Assembly (NCBI GenBank): GCA_965276815.1
Contig: CBDIBE010000010.1
Coordinates: 623,734 to 687,733 of the forward strand
Direction of reading: 5' to 3'
Source of the DNA: Acetobacteraceae bacterium
GTDB taxonomy: Bacteria > Pseudomonadota > Alphaproteobacteria > Acetobacterales > Acetobacteraceae
Length of the DNA: 64,000 nucleotides
In this document: positions 44,547 through 54,876 of the stretch, one piece after another
How positions within the stretch are numbered: position 1 is the stretch's first letter
Layout: every line of letters starts with the position of its first letter
Made by a program: the position numbers and the translations under genes
Notes under the pieces: model-generated
The model's input: the letters and a program-made list of their open reading frames with translations, nothing else
Told to the model about the DNA's origin: nothing
Databases searched by the model: none

Positions 44547-45995
44547 ATGAGTCAGTATAGCATTGTGATCAAAGGCGGGACGGTCGTGACCGCGGCGGAC
44601 AGCTTTCGTGCCGACGTGGCGATCGACGGGGAGCGGATCGCGGCGATCGGGAGCGCGCTGGCCGGTGATCGGGTTATCAATGCGGGCGGGTTGCTGGTGA
44701 TGCCAGGGGGCGTCGACACGCATTGCCACATCGAGCAGCTTCAGCCCGGCGGAATGGCCGATGAGGAAAGCTTCGTCACCGGCAGCCGCTCGGCGCTGGC
44801 GGGCGGGACGACGTCGGTCGTGACCTTTTCGACGCAGTTCAAGGGTGAGCCGATCGGCCCCGCGCTCGCCGAGTATCGTCGCCGTGCCGGGCAGGCGATG
44901 GTGGATTACAGCTTCCACCAGATCATCACCGACGCCACGGACCAGGTGGTGTTCGAGGAAATTCCGCAGATCGTCGCGTCCGGGATCCGCAGTCTTAAGG
45001 TTTTTCTTACCTATGACCCGTTATACCTGGATGACCGGCAGTATTTGCGGGTGCTGGCGGCGGCGCGGCGGACCGGGGCGCTGGTGACGGTGCATTGCGA
45101 GAATTACGAGGCGATCCGCTGGCGCACGGCGGCGCTGCTTGCCGATGGGCGGACGGCGCCGAAATACCATGCGTGGTCGCGCCCGAGCATGGTGGAGCGG
45201 GAGGCGACGCACCGGGCCATTGCGCTGGCCGAGCTGGTGGATCAGCCGATCCAGGTGTTCCACCTCTCCTGCCCGGAGGCGGCCGAGGAAATTGCGCGGG
45301 CGCAGGCGCGGGGTGTCAAAGTCTGGGGCGAGACCTGCCCGCAATATTTTGTTCTGTCCGCATCCGATATGGATCGTCCGGGCTTCGAGGGGGCGAAGTT
45401 TATGTGCAGCCCCTCGCCGCGGGACACGGCGGCCAGTGAGGGACTTTGGGCGGAAATCCGCCGCGGCGTGCTGGACGTGGTGTCCTCCGATCATAGCGGC
45501 TGGAGCTATGAAGGAGAGCGGGGCAAGCGGGTCAACGGTGTCGACGCCCCGTTCCGCGACATCCCGAACGGCGTTCCGGGCCTGGCCACGCGGCTGCCGA
45601 TCCTGTTCAGCGAGGGCGTCGGTAAGGGACGGATCAGCGCCGAGCAATTCGTGAGATTGGCTGCGTCCAATCCCGCGCGACTATTTGGGCTGTATCCGCA
45701 AAAAGGCACGATTGCCCCCGGCGCCGACGCGGATCTCGTCTTATGGGACCCGGCCAAGCAGGTCACCATCACCAACGCTTTGCTGCAGCAGGCGATCGAC
45801 TACACGCCTTACGAAGGCAGGCAGGTCACTGGCTGGCCGGTGATGACGCTGCGCCGGGGTGAGGTGGTCATGCAGGATGGGCGCGTGCAGGCGGAGCCAG
45901 GCAGCGGCCGCTTCCTGCCGCGCGGGCCTTACGAGCTGATCCGTCCGACCGGCCGTGTGCCCGACGGCTTCGACGCGAGCGCCTTCCTCGTCTAA
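44547..45995 (+). CDS. Cyclic amidohydrolase: D-hydantoinase/dihydropyrimidinase family
   Basis: About 482 aa with MSQYSIVIKGGTVVTAADSFRADVAIDGERIAAIG and the metal ligand motif GGVDTHCHIEQ. The track's N-terminal extension from 44448 is probably spurious. Confidence 0.8.
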   Translation: MSQYSIVIKGGTVVTAADSFRADVAIDGERIAAIGSALAGDRVINAGGLLVMPGGVDTHCHIEQLQPGGMADEESFVTGSRSALAGGTTSVVTFSTQFKGEPIGPALAEYRRRAGQAMVDYSFHQIITDATDQVVFEEIPQIVASGIRSLKVFLTYDPLYLDDRQYLRVLAAARRTGALVTVHCENYEAIRWRTAALLADGRTAPKYHAWSRPSMVEREATHRAIALAELVDQPIQVFHLSCPEAAEEIARAQARGVKVWGETCPQYFVLSASDMDRPGFEGAKFMCSPSPRDTAASEGLWAEIRRGVLDVVSSDHSGWSYEGERGKRVNGVDAPFRDIPNGVPGLATRLPILFSEGVGKGRISAEQFVRLAASNPARLFGLYPQKGTIAPGADADLVLWDPAKQVTITNALLQQAIDYTPYEGRQVTGWPVMTLRRGEVVMQDGRVQAEPGSGRFLPRGPYELIRPTGRVPDGFDASAFLV

Positions 45996-46034
45996 CCTGC
46001 ATACGTGGCCTGCGGGCGGTGACAGGGAAGCGGC

Positions 46035-47456
46035 GTGAACACCATCTGGCCATCCCTGCTCCAAATCCGTTCGGAGATCGTCTACTCGACCGGGCTGGTG
46101 ATCGCGCTGTGCATTACCGTGCACGTGCTGCTCCGCAAGCGGGAGGTGGCGACCGCGGCGGCCTGGATCGGGTTCGTCTGGTTCGCGCCGGTGACGGGCG
46201 GGATTCTGTACTTGATGTTTGGGGTCAACCGTGTCCGCCGCCGCGCCCGCCAGAGCCGGCCCGCTGGCGAGCGGCGCGACTCGCAGACGGAAACCCTGCC
46301 CGGCGGCGAGGAAGAGCTGGGCGCGTTGGAGCGCGGGGTCGGGCGAATTACCGGGCGCCCGCTCGTCTCCGGCAATTCGGTGCAGATCTACGACACGGGC
46401 GACGAGGCCTATCCGCCGATGCTGCAGGCGATTGCGGCGGCGCGGCGCAGCGTGGGCCTGTCCTCTTATATATTCCGCGACGATGAATGGGGCGGCCGGT
46501 TCATTGCTGCGCTGATCGAAGCGCGGCGACGCGGGGCCGAGGTGCGGGTGTTGATCGACGGGATCGGCGGGGGCTGGCTGCTGTCGCGCACCTACCATCA
46601 GCTCCGACGCGCAGGCGTGCCGGCGGAGCGCTTCTCTCACTCGCTGCTACCCTGGCGGATGCCGTTTCTCAACCTGCGCACGCACAAGAAGATCTTAGTG
46701 ATCGACGGCGCGGTCGGGTTCACGGGCGGCATGAATATCGCCGACGAGAACGTGATGGCGACCCGGCCGAAGCAACCGGTGAAGGACACGCATTTCCAGG
46801 TCGAGGGCCCGGTGGTCGCCCAACTCACCGAAGCCTTTTTGCAGGATTGGGCCTTTGCTACCCGGGAAAACCTCGGTGGCGATGCCTGGTTCCCGGCGCT
46901 GCCGGAGGGCGAGCGCTCGCCGGCGCGGGTGATCGATTCCGGGCCTGACGAAGACATCGAGAAGATCGAGTTTGCCGTGCTCGAGGCGGTTTCCTGCGCG
47001 CAATCGAGCGTCGAGTTGATGACGCCGTATTTCTTGCCGGACGAGCGGCTGATCACCGCGCTGTCGCTCGCTTCCATGCGCGGCATTGCGGTGGATGTCG
47101 TGGTGCCCGAGCGGAGCAATAAGCGCGTGGTGGACTGGGCGACGCGCGCCAATATTGGCCCGCTGCTGGACAGCGGTGTGCGGATCTGGTGCTGCCCGCC
47201 GCCGTTCCGGCATTCCAAATTGATGACCGTCGACAGCGAGTGGTGCTTGATTGGCAGCAGCAATTGGGACATCCGCTCGTTCCGGCTGAACTTCGAGCTG
47301 TGCATCGAACTGTATGACCGCGGTCTCGCGGCCAACCTGGCGGAGGTGATGCGGCAATGCCGCGGGCGGGCGCTGACGCATGCGGATTTGGATCGCCGTT
47401 CGATACCCGCCCAGCTGCGCGATGCGGCATCGCGCTTATTCCTGCCGTATCTGTAG
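46035..47456 (+). CDS. cls: Cardiolipin synthase (phospholipase D superfamily, two HKD motifs, N-terminal TM helices)
   Basis: HKD motif 1 is HKKILVIDGAVGFTGGMNIADEN and HKD motif 2 is HSKLMTVDSEWCLIGSSNWDIRS. There are two N-terminal TM helices. The start is a GTG. Confidence 0.85.
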   Translation: MNTIWPSLLQIRSEIVYSTGLVIALCITVHVLLRKREVATAAAWIGFVWFAPVTGGILYLMFGVNRVRRRARQSRPAGERRDSQTETLPGGEEELGALERGVGRITGRPLVSGNSVQIYDTGDEAYPPMLQAIAAARRSVGLSSYIFRDDEWGGRFIAALIEARRRGAEVRVLIDGIGGGWLLSRTYHQLRRAGVPAERFSHSLLPWRMPFLNLRTHKKILVIDGAVGFTGGMNIADENVMATRPKQPVKDTHFQVEGPVVAQLTEAFLQDWAFATRENLGGDAWFPALPEGERSPARVIDSGPDEDIEKIEFAVLEAVSCAQSSVELMTPYFLPDERLITALSLASMRGIAVDVVVPERSNKRVVDWATRANIGPLLDSGVRIWCCPPPFRHSKLMTVDSEWCLIGSSNWDIRSFRLNFELCIELYDRGLAANLAEVMRQCRGRALTHADLDRRSIPAQLRDAASRLFLPYL

Positions 47457-47721
47457 TGCATGACAAGAGATTGGGACCGAGTCGGCGAGCGGGGTGGTTC
47501 TCCTGAATGGAGCCATGAGGTGAATGGGTTTGCGTCAAGAAGACCGGTATTGACCCGGCGAATGTTCGATCCGGGACACTAGGTCTTGTTTGGGCGAGCA
47601 CTACCTTGCCGGCAATCGACCCGGTTTCGCCGCAAACTGCTCTGAAAAGTCGCATTTGGCGGTGAAACGTACTTGATTTACGTGGCTTTGTGGATTAGCT
47701 GCCAGTCGGAGGAGTGCAATT

Positions 47722-48168
47722 ATGTCTGATCAGACCAACAGCGGTATTCTAGAGTTAACGGCGAAGATTGTCTCGGCGCATGTCTTTAGGAATCAAATTG
47801 GTACGGACGCGTTAGTGTCGCTTATTCAGTCGGTCTACCGTTCGCTGTCCACGGTCGGGCAGGTCGAAGCCCCTCCCGTCGTGCAGACTCCGGCGGTGCC
47901 AATCAAGAAATCGGTTTTCCCTGACTATATTGTTTGCCTGGAAGACGGAAAGAAGCTGAAGATGCTGAAGCGGCATCTGCAGACCAGCTATGGTCTTACG
48001 CCTGAAGCGTATCGAGCTAAGTGGAGCTTACCCGCCGATTATCCGATGGTGGCACCCAGCTACGCTGCCACGCGCTCGACTCTGGCCAAGCAAATCGGCC
48101 TCGGGCGCAAGCCGGCGCCGGAACCGGTCAAGCCGCCGCCGCGCCGTGGCAGAGCTGGACGCGCATAA
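47722..48168 (+). CDS. mucR: Ros/MucR-family zinc-finger transcriptional regulator
   Basis: 148 aa with the C2H2-like zinc finger CLEDGKKLKMLKRHLQTSYGLTPEAYRAKW. It is preceded by a ~265-bp lower-GC leader. Confidence 0.85.
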   Translation: MSDQTNSGILELTAKIVSAHVFRNQIGTDALVSLIQSVYRSLSTVGQVEAPPVVQTPAVPIKKSVFPDYIVCLEDGKKLKMLKRHLQTSYGLTPEAYRAKWSLPADYPMVAPSYAATRSTLAKQIGLGRKPAPEPVKPPPRRGRAGRA

Positions 48169-48253
48169 CCCGCTTTTGCTTTAGGTTGATCTAACCGATT
48201 CCCGTAAAGCCGACCTTGCTCTAGACAGCCGATCCAAAACGGATAGGCGAGCC

Positions 48254-49114
48254 ATGGGCGTGCTAGTGGAGATTGCGTTCCAATCGCTCGCTTATGCGAG
48301 CGTGCTCTACCTGATCGCGGTTGGACTTTCGGTGACGCTAGGTTTGATGGGGTTCATCAACCTGGCCCACGGCATCTTTGCAATGGCCGGCGGATACTTG
48401 GCGGCAGTGGCGATTTCGGGTTACGGCGTGCCATGGCTCCTCATGCTGATCGTGGCGCCGCTCGTCGTCGCGGTGATCGCCGGGTTGCTCGAGCGCTTGC
48501 TGTATGCCCGGCTTTATGGGCGGAGCGAGCTCGACCAAGTCCTGTTATGCATCGGGCTCATCTTCATCGCCGGCGCGCTCATCCGGTTGCTATTCGGCCC
48601 GTTGCTGCAGCCCGTGAATTTGCCCGGCGTACTGCGGCAGCAAGTCGAACTCGGGCCGTTCAGCTTCTATGCTTACAAGCTCATGGTGATTGGCATTGGC
48701 GGACTGACCGCTGCCGGCATTCTCCTCGGTTTGGAACGGACGCGGGCGGGAGCGATCATCCGGGCCGCGGTCGAGAACCGCGGCATGGCGGAATCGGTCG
48801 GTTTGCGGACGTCCTCGATCTTCACGGCGACTTTCGCCCTCGGCGGCGCGCTCGGCGCGCTCGGCGGCATCCTCGGTGCGGACGTGTTCGGGCTCAACCC
48901 GGCCTATGCTTTCGATGTTCTGGTCTATGTGCAGATTGTCGTCGCCATCGCCGGGCTTGGCACGTTGCGCGGATCATTCGTCGCCGCCCTGCTGATCGGC
49001 TTGGTGCAGACGCTCTCAGCCTATTATCTGCCGGCGCTAGGTACGATCATCCTCTTCCTTGCCGTATTTCTCTTGCTGCTGGTGCGCCCGCGCGGTCTAT
49101 TCGGGCGGGTTTGA
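48254..49114 (+). CDS. Branched-chain amino acid ABC permease (LivH-like)
   Basis: 286 aa TMD. Confidence 0.85.
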   Translation: MGVLVEIAFQSLAYASVLYLIAVGLSVTLGLMGFINLAHGIFAMAGGYLAAVAISGYGVPWLLMLIVAPLVVAVIAGLLERLLYARLYGRSELDQVLLCIGLIFIAGALIRLLFGPLLQPVNLPGVLRQQVELGPFSFYAYKLMVIGIGGLTAAGILLGLERTRAGAIIRAAVENRGMAESVGLRTSSIFTATFALGGALGALGGILGADVFGLNPAYAFDVLVYVQIVVAIAGLGTLRGSFVAALLIGLVQTLSAYYLPALGTIILFLAVFLLLLVRPRGLFGRV

Positions 49115-49117
49115 CGC

Positions 49118-50092
49118 GTGAGCCCGCACCGGACCTTCCACGAGGCGCTTCGCCGCAAGCATCGGTTCCGGTTTGCAGAAATCCTGCCGCTTGTGGCGTT
49201 GCTCGCGGTCCCGCTCCTGGGCTCCGATTATTACGCGCTCGGGACCCAGATCGTCGTTACTGTCATCTTCGCGCTCTCGCTCGACTTGCTCGTTGGCTAT
49301 GCGGGGATCGTGACGCTTGGGCATTCCGTGTTCTTCGGGCTGGGCGCCTACGCGACCGGCATTGCCTCGGTGCGTGGCTGGGGCGAGCCGCTGAGCGGCC
49401 TGCTGATCGGCGCGGCCGCGGGTGCTGCGGCCGGTGCATTGCTGGGCGCCGTCGTGCTGCGCACCGCAAAATTCACACTGCTGATGCTGACGCTCAGCTC
49501 CGTGTTTCTGGCGAGCGAAATCGCCAACAAGGCGACGTGGCTGACCGGCGGTGTCGACGGCTTGGTCGGCGTCAACACTTGGCCGGTGCTTGGTCTGTTC
49601 GAATTCGATCTGTTCGGCCGGCTCGCCTATGCTTATGCGTCGGCGATCCTTGTGCTCGCCTGGTGCGGCATGCGCTGGCTGGTGCACGCCCCGTTCGGCC
49701 AATCGATCATGGCGATCCGCGACAATCCGGGCCGGGCGACCGCGATCGGCATCCAGGTCCACCCGCGTCTGGTGCTGGTCTATGCGATTTCGTGTGGCTT
49801 GGCCGGGCTGGCGGGCGCTCTGCAGGCGGAGATCAACCAGTTCGCCGGGCTCAAGGATATTGGATTCGAGCTGTCGGCGACCATCCTCGTCATGCTCGCC
49901 CTAGGTGGCGCCGGGCGCCTCTATGGCGCGGTGGTTGGACCCGTTGCCTATCTCATCGCGCAGGACGTCTTGTCGAAAGACAATCCGGTGCTCTGGCAAC
50001 TCTGGCTGGGCGTGCTGATCGTACTCGTCGTGCTGTTCGCACCCGGCGGCATCCTCGGCATCGTCGACTGTGTCGCGAGAGTGCGGGGTTGA
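49118..50092 (+). CDS. Branched-chain amino acid ABC permease (LivM-like)
   Basis: 324 aa TMD. Confidence 0.85.
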   Translation: MSPHRTFHEALRRKHRFRFAEILPLVALLAVPLLGSDYYALGTQIVVTVIFALSLDLLVGYAGIVTLGHSVFFGLGAYATGIASVRGWGEPLSGLLIGAAAGAAAGALLGAVVLRTAKFTLLMLTLSSVFLASEIANKATWLTGGVDGLVGVNTWPVLGLFEFDLFGRLAYAYASAILVLAWCGMRWLVHAPFGQSIMAIRDNPGRATAIGIQVHPRLVLVYAISCGLAGLAGALQAEINQFAGLKDIGFELSATILVMLALGGAGRLYGAVVGPVAYLIAQDVLSKDNPVLWQLWLGVLIVLVVLFAPGGILGIVDCVARVRG

Positions 50093-50831
50093 TAGCGGCG
50101 CTCACGCTCGAGAGCTTGGTTATGCGGTTCGGCGGGCTGGCCGTGACCAATGACGTGTCGCTCAGCCTGGAACAGGGCGCCCGCCACGCTCTCATCGGCC
50201 CGAACGGGGCTGGCAAGACGACGCTGGTCAATTTGGTGGCCGGGCATTTGCGGCCGCACAGCGGCACGATCCGCCTTGCTGGCCGCGACGTGACCACGCT
50301 GCCGCCCCATCGCCGGACGCGGCTCGGCCTGGTGCGCAATTTCCAAGTGACGAACCTGTTTGCGAGCTTCTCAGCCTTCGAGAATATCGCCCTTGCCGTG
50401 GCCGAGCGCGACCGGAGCGGCTTGTCGCTGCGCGGGCGGCGGGGCTTTGCCGCCGGCGTGGCGGACGAGGCCGAGGCGATCGGGCGACGGATCGGGCTCG
50501 GCGAGGTCGGGACCACACTGGTCCGTGATCTCGCCTACGGGCAGCAGCGCTTGGTTGAGCTCGCCGTGGCGCTGGCATTGCGGCCGCGCGTGCTGGTGCT
50601 CGACGAGCCGGCCGCCGGGCTGCCGGCCGCGGATCATGCCGTCATCCTCGGCGCGCTCGACGCGCTGCCCGCAGAAGTGGCCGTCCTGCTGATCGAACAT
50701 GATATGCAACTCGTCTTCCGCTTTGCCCGCGAGATCACCGTGCTGGCGGAGGGCCGGGTGATCGCACGGGGCAGTCCCGACCTCGTCCGCGCCGACAGGC
50801 TGGTGCGGGCCGCGTATTTGGGATCGCGCGC

Positions 50832-50835
<4 letters not shown>
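50092..50835 (+). CDS. Branched-chain amino acid ABC ATP-binding protein (LivG-like)
   Basis: It has Walker A GPNGAGKTT, signature LAYGQQRLVELAVAL and Walker B LVLDEPAAGLPA. The frame is the tail of track ORF 48433..50835. The start is TTG 50092 or ATG about 50122. Confidence 0.75.
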
Positions 50836-51530
<695 letters not shown>

Positions 51531-51553
51531 GCCGTGGCAGACCGGGGGGTGGG

Positions 51554-52126
51554 ATGACGAAGCGGCGGATCATCGTGGGCATCAGCGGCGCGTCCGGCGT
51601 GATCTATGGCGTCAGCATGCTGCGGAAGTTGCGGCAGGCCGGGATCGAAACCCATCTGGTGATGAGCCGGTCAGCGCAGGTCACGCTCGGTTATGAGACC
51701 GATCTGAAAGTTGCGGATGTGGTCGCCTTGGCCGACAAGTCCTACGCGCAGACCGATATCGGCGCCGCGATCTCCAGCGGCTCGTTCCGGACCTTGGGCA
51801 TGGTGATCGCGCCCTGCTCGATGCGCAGCTTGGGCGAGATTGCGACTTGCGTCAGCTCGTCGCTGCTGACCCGGGCGGCCGACGTGGTGCTGAAGGAGCG
51901 GCGGCTTCTCGTGCTGATGGTGCGCGAGACGCCGCTGCATCTCGGCCATTTGCGCGCGATGGTCGCCGTGACCGAGATGGGAGCGATCATCTATCCGCCG
52001 GTCCCGGCGCTTTATGCGAAACCGAAGACGATCGAGGAGATGGTGGACCAGTCGGTAGGGCGGGTGCTCGACCTATTCGATATCGACCTGGGCTCGGTGC
52101 ATCGCTGGCGCGACACGGAAGCGTAG
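51554..52126 (+). CDS. ubiX: Flavin prenyltransferase UbiX/Pad1 family
   Basis: MTKRRIIVGISGASGVIYGVSMLRKL...LLVLMVRETPLHLGHLRAM... Confidence 0.85.
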   Translation: MTKRRIIVGISGASGVIYGVSMLRKLRQAGIETHLVMSRSAQVTLGYETDLKVADVVALADKSYAQTDIGAAISSGSFRTLGMVIAPCSMRSLGEIATCVSSSLLTRAADVVLKERRLLVLMVRETPLHLGHLRAMVAVTEMGAIIYPPVPALYAKPKTIEEMVDQSVGRVLDLFDIDLGSVHRWRDTEA

Positions 52127-52129
52127 CGC

Positions 52130-52378
52130 CTAGTACGGCCGGCGGACGACGACCGCTCCGCGCGGGCCTGCGCAGCCGGCGCGATAGGGTCCGGACGCGC
52201 AACCGCCGCCGCGTCCGTAATAGGGCGCATGATAGGGCCGGCGCGCCACGACGGCGCCGTTCGGCCCGGCGCAGCCGGCACGATAGACGCCGCGCGCGCA
52301 AACAATCGCGTTGGCATCAGGTAGGGCGAGCACGAACGTCGCCAGCGCAGCCATCGTTGCTAGAGTTATCCGCTTCAT
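52130..52378 (-). CDS. Small secreted Cys/Gly/Arg-rich peptide with an internal tandem repeat
   Basis: It has a GGGAGA RBS and a signal peptide MKRITLATMAALATFVLALPDANA. The mature ~58 aa contain two copies of YRAGCAGP(N/R)GAVV(A/V)RRPY. Confidence 0.55.
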   Translation of the reverse strand: MKRITLATMAALATFVLALPDANAIVCARGVYRAGCAGPNGAVVARRPYHAPYYGRGGGCASGPYRAGCAGPRGAVVVRRPY

Positions 52379-52526
52379 TTTTGAAAGTCTCCCAATCGCG
52401 GCCGGACCCATCCGGCTGGCACTTACAACGATTTTCTCTCGTGCGGAACCCGGCTTGAGCGTCCACAAATGTTACCACGCCTAGCAACCTGTTGCCTGGG
52501 TTTGCGGCGGCGGCCAGACTTGCGGC

Positions 52527-53320
52527 GTGCAGGCCGAGTCGAGGAGAAGCCATTTGCAATATCTCGAGCCGGAAAATGCAGCGCCGGGCGGCCCCGCCGA
52601 GCCAGTCGCCCGGCCGGGACTGGTCAAGACCCAGCTCGCCGCCGAGACCCTGCGGCTGTACCGCGGCGATTGGGCAGCGTTCGAGCGGTTCTGCCATGAA
52701 CGTGGCTCCCCTAGCTTGCCGGCCACGGCAGGTATCGTCTGCGCCTTTCTCGCGCTTCCCGGCGTTGGCCGTGCCGCCTTGGCGCGCCGGCTCGCGGCGA
52801 TCGATCAGCGTCACCGTGCGTTCGGCTTGCCGCCGCCGGGCCAGGAACCCGGGGTGCGGGATACGCTGAAAGCGTCGCGCAGGGCCACGCCGCGCCGGGT
52901 CCGGCCCGCGCGACCGTCCCCGTCGCAGCTCGAGGCGATGGCGTTGTCCTGTGGTGGGGACCTTGCGGGGCGCCGGGATCGCGCGCTGCTGCTGCTCGCG
53001 GCCGCCGGGCTGGGTCGCGCGGCGCTGGTCGGGCTGCAAGCCGAGACGCTGCGGTTCGCTGAGCGAAGCCTGCAGCTTGGCGGCAGCGGTCCACCCATGG
53101 TTATTGGCCGGACGATGCGGACGGACGTCTGCCCGGTGCGGGCCGTGGAGGAGTGGCTCCATGTCTCCGCCACGCGTTACGGGCCGGTGTTTCGAAAAGT
53201 CGATCGCTGGGGCAATGTCGAGCACGCGGCGCTCGGCACAGACGCGGTCCGCCGCATCCTGGCGCGGCGCTCGGGCACCGCCAAGCCACGAACGGCGCAA
53301 AAACCCGCGTGATTATGGAG
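52527..53320 (+). pseudogene. Tyrosine recombinase/phage-integrase family gene, frameshifted near its 3' end
   Basis: The N-terminal SAM-like core-binding domain (LRLYRGDWAAFERFC...LPATAGIVCAFLA) and catalytic box I (RRDRALLLLAAAGLGRAALVGL, CPVRAVEEWL, GPVFRKV) are in one frame. The H-x-L-R box (RHALRAGV) appears only in a second frame (the start of ORF 53153..). No catalytic Tyr was found. Confidence 0.6.
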
Positions 53321-53899
53321 CTGGCCGCGACGCATGCGCCGGTTGCCGCGGCGCACACGGACTGGCTGCACCACCTGCTGCGGATCGGCGGCCCCCCATC
53401 GGCGATTGCGGCGTTTGGCGAGACGGCGGCCGGGGCCGGGACCATCCCGTGGGATCTCGACCTCGACAGTCTCGAGGAGGACTGGTTCAACCGGCTCGTC
53501 TCGCCGCCGGCGCCGCAGCGGCGCAGCTTGAGCCTCGAGGGCGCGCGAATGCTCGCCGGGCAATTGCGCGAAGCCGTCGCCCGCCGGCATGCGCTGGCCG
53601 TCGCCGAGGTTGGAAGCAGCCAGGCCTGCGCGTTTGACCTGCACGCGCTCGTGCCGGTGCCGGAGGCGATCCTGCTGTTGGGGCCGGATCATCCCGAAGC
53701 CTTGGCATGGCTCTGGACCCACTGGGGCACCACGCAGGCCTTGCGTCATGTCGCGGTGCAGGCCGCGCCGCGCGGCAGCGAGGCGCTGCACATCGAATTC
53801 TGGTCGGCGGATTGGACGCCGTGGCGGGCGCTGACGACGGTGCGCGATCGCTGGCCGGGCCTGCAGTGGCAGGTCACGCCGAGCTACGAGCCGCCGTGA
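53314..53899 (+). CDS. Hypothetical protein (no recognisable domain)
   Basis: 195 aa ORF with genome-typical codon usage, lying between the integrase remnant and the ScpA-like gene. The start is ambiguous. Confidence 0.4.
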
Positions 53900-54690
53900 A
53901 CGACCTCGTTGCCCCGTGGGAAGAAGACGCGCCGGCGCGCGACGCGAGCTCGGCGCCGGTGCTGTCGATCGAGGGGTTCGAAGGGCCGCTCGACTGGCTG
54001 CTCGAGATGGCGGGCATGCAGCGGATCGAGTTGGCGAAACTCTCCATCCTGGCGCTGGTCGAGGCGTTCATGCAGGCCCTCGACGACGCGCTTGCGCAAC
54101 GGCAGGGCACGCCGTTCGACCTGGCGCGCTGGGGCGACTGGACCGTGATGGCGGCGCATATCGCGCTTCTGCGCTCGCGCCTGCTATTGCCGCCCGATGC
54201 GCCTGAGGCCCGTGCCGCCCAGGAAGAGGCTGAGGCATGGCGGCACCAGCTCCTCACCCGCGCGGCGATCCGGTCCGCCGCCGACTGGCTGGCGCGACAG
54301 CCGCAACTTGGGCGCGACGTGTTTGCCCGCGGGCAGCCCGAGACCGGCGCGGCTGGCCAACGCCGGTCGCTCGACATCACCGACCTGTTCCGCGCCTGCC
54401 TCGTCGCGCTGCGGTTGCCGGAGTACGGGAAGGCGTTTCGGCCGCTGCCGCCGAGGCTCTGGCTCATCACCGATGCGATCGGGCGGATCCGCCGCATGTT
54501 GGGGGAGGGGTGGGGCGGCGGTGAGTTGCGGGGCTTGCTGCCGCGCTTGCGGGCGGGGCCTGAACATGAGCTGCGTTGCCGGGCGGCGGTGGCCAGCACG
54601 CTGGTCGCTGGCTTGGAGCTGGCTCGCGAGGGCGCGCTCGGGCTGGAGCAGCGGCGCCCCTGGTATTCGGTCCGCGTCCGCCGGCTCTAG
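53895..54690 (+). CDS. scpA: ScpA-family kleisin (segregation and condensation protein A-like)
   Basis: The N-terminal ScpA signature is LSIEGFEGPLDWLLEMAGMQRIELAKLSILALVEAF and the helix is WTVMAAHIALLRSRLLLP. The start is a GTG. No scpB follows. Confidence 0.7.
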
Positions 54691-54728
54691 ACCGCTATCG
54701 CCCTGACTGTGTCAGGGCGGCGGTCTAG
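54687..54728. repeat. REP-like palindromic element (copy B) that begins at the TAG stop of the ScpA-like gene
   Basis: The sequence is CTAGACCGCTATCGCCCTGACTGTGTCAGGGCGGCGGTCTAG. It shares about 80% identity and the CTAGACC...TATCG.CCTGACTGTG...GGTCTAG framework with copy A at 32948. Confidence 0.65.
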
Positions 54729-54876
54729 CTACTTTTGGTGGCGAGCAACTTTGTCGCATGACTGGCGTCGCTGTCGGGATTCCAGTCAAGGCGACGTTGC
54801 TCTAGCATCAGCGCGGAGACGCGATTTGAGCGGGGCGGCCGTTCCTGGCACGCTAGGCCTCAGGAGGACACGCGCG

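Noticed and set aside
53153-53899. Track ORF 53153..53899 as one 248-aa protein
   Set aside because: Its first ~50 codons are the shifted-frame HxLR segment of the integrase pseudogene. Only the part from MELAAT (53314) onward is treated as a separate hypothetical CDS.
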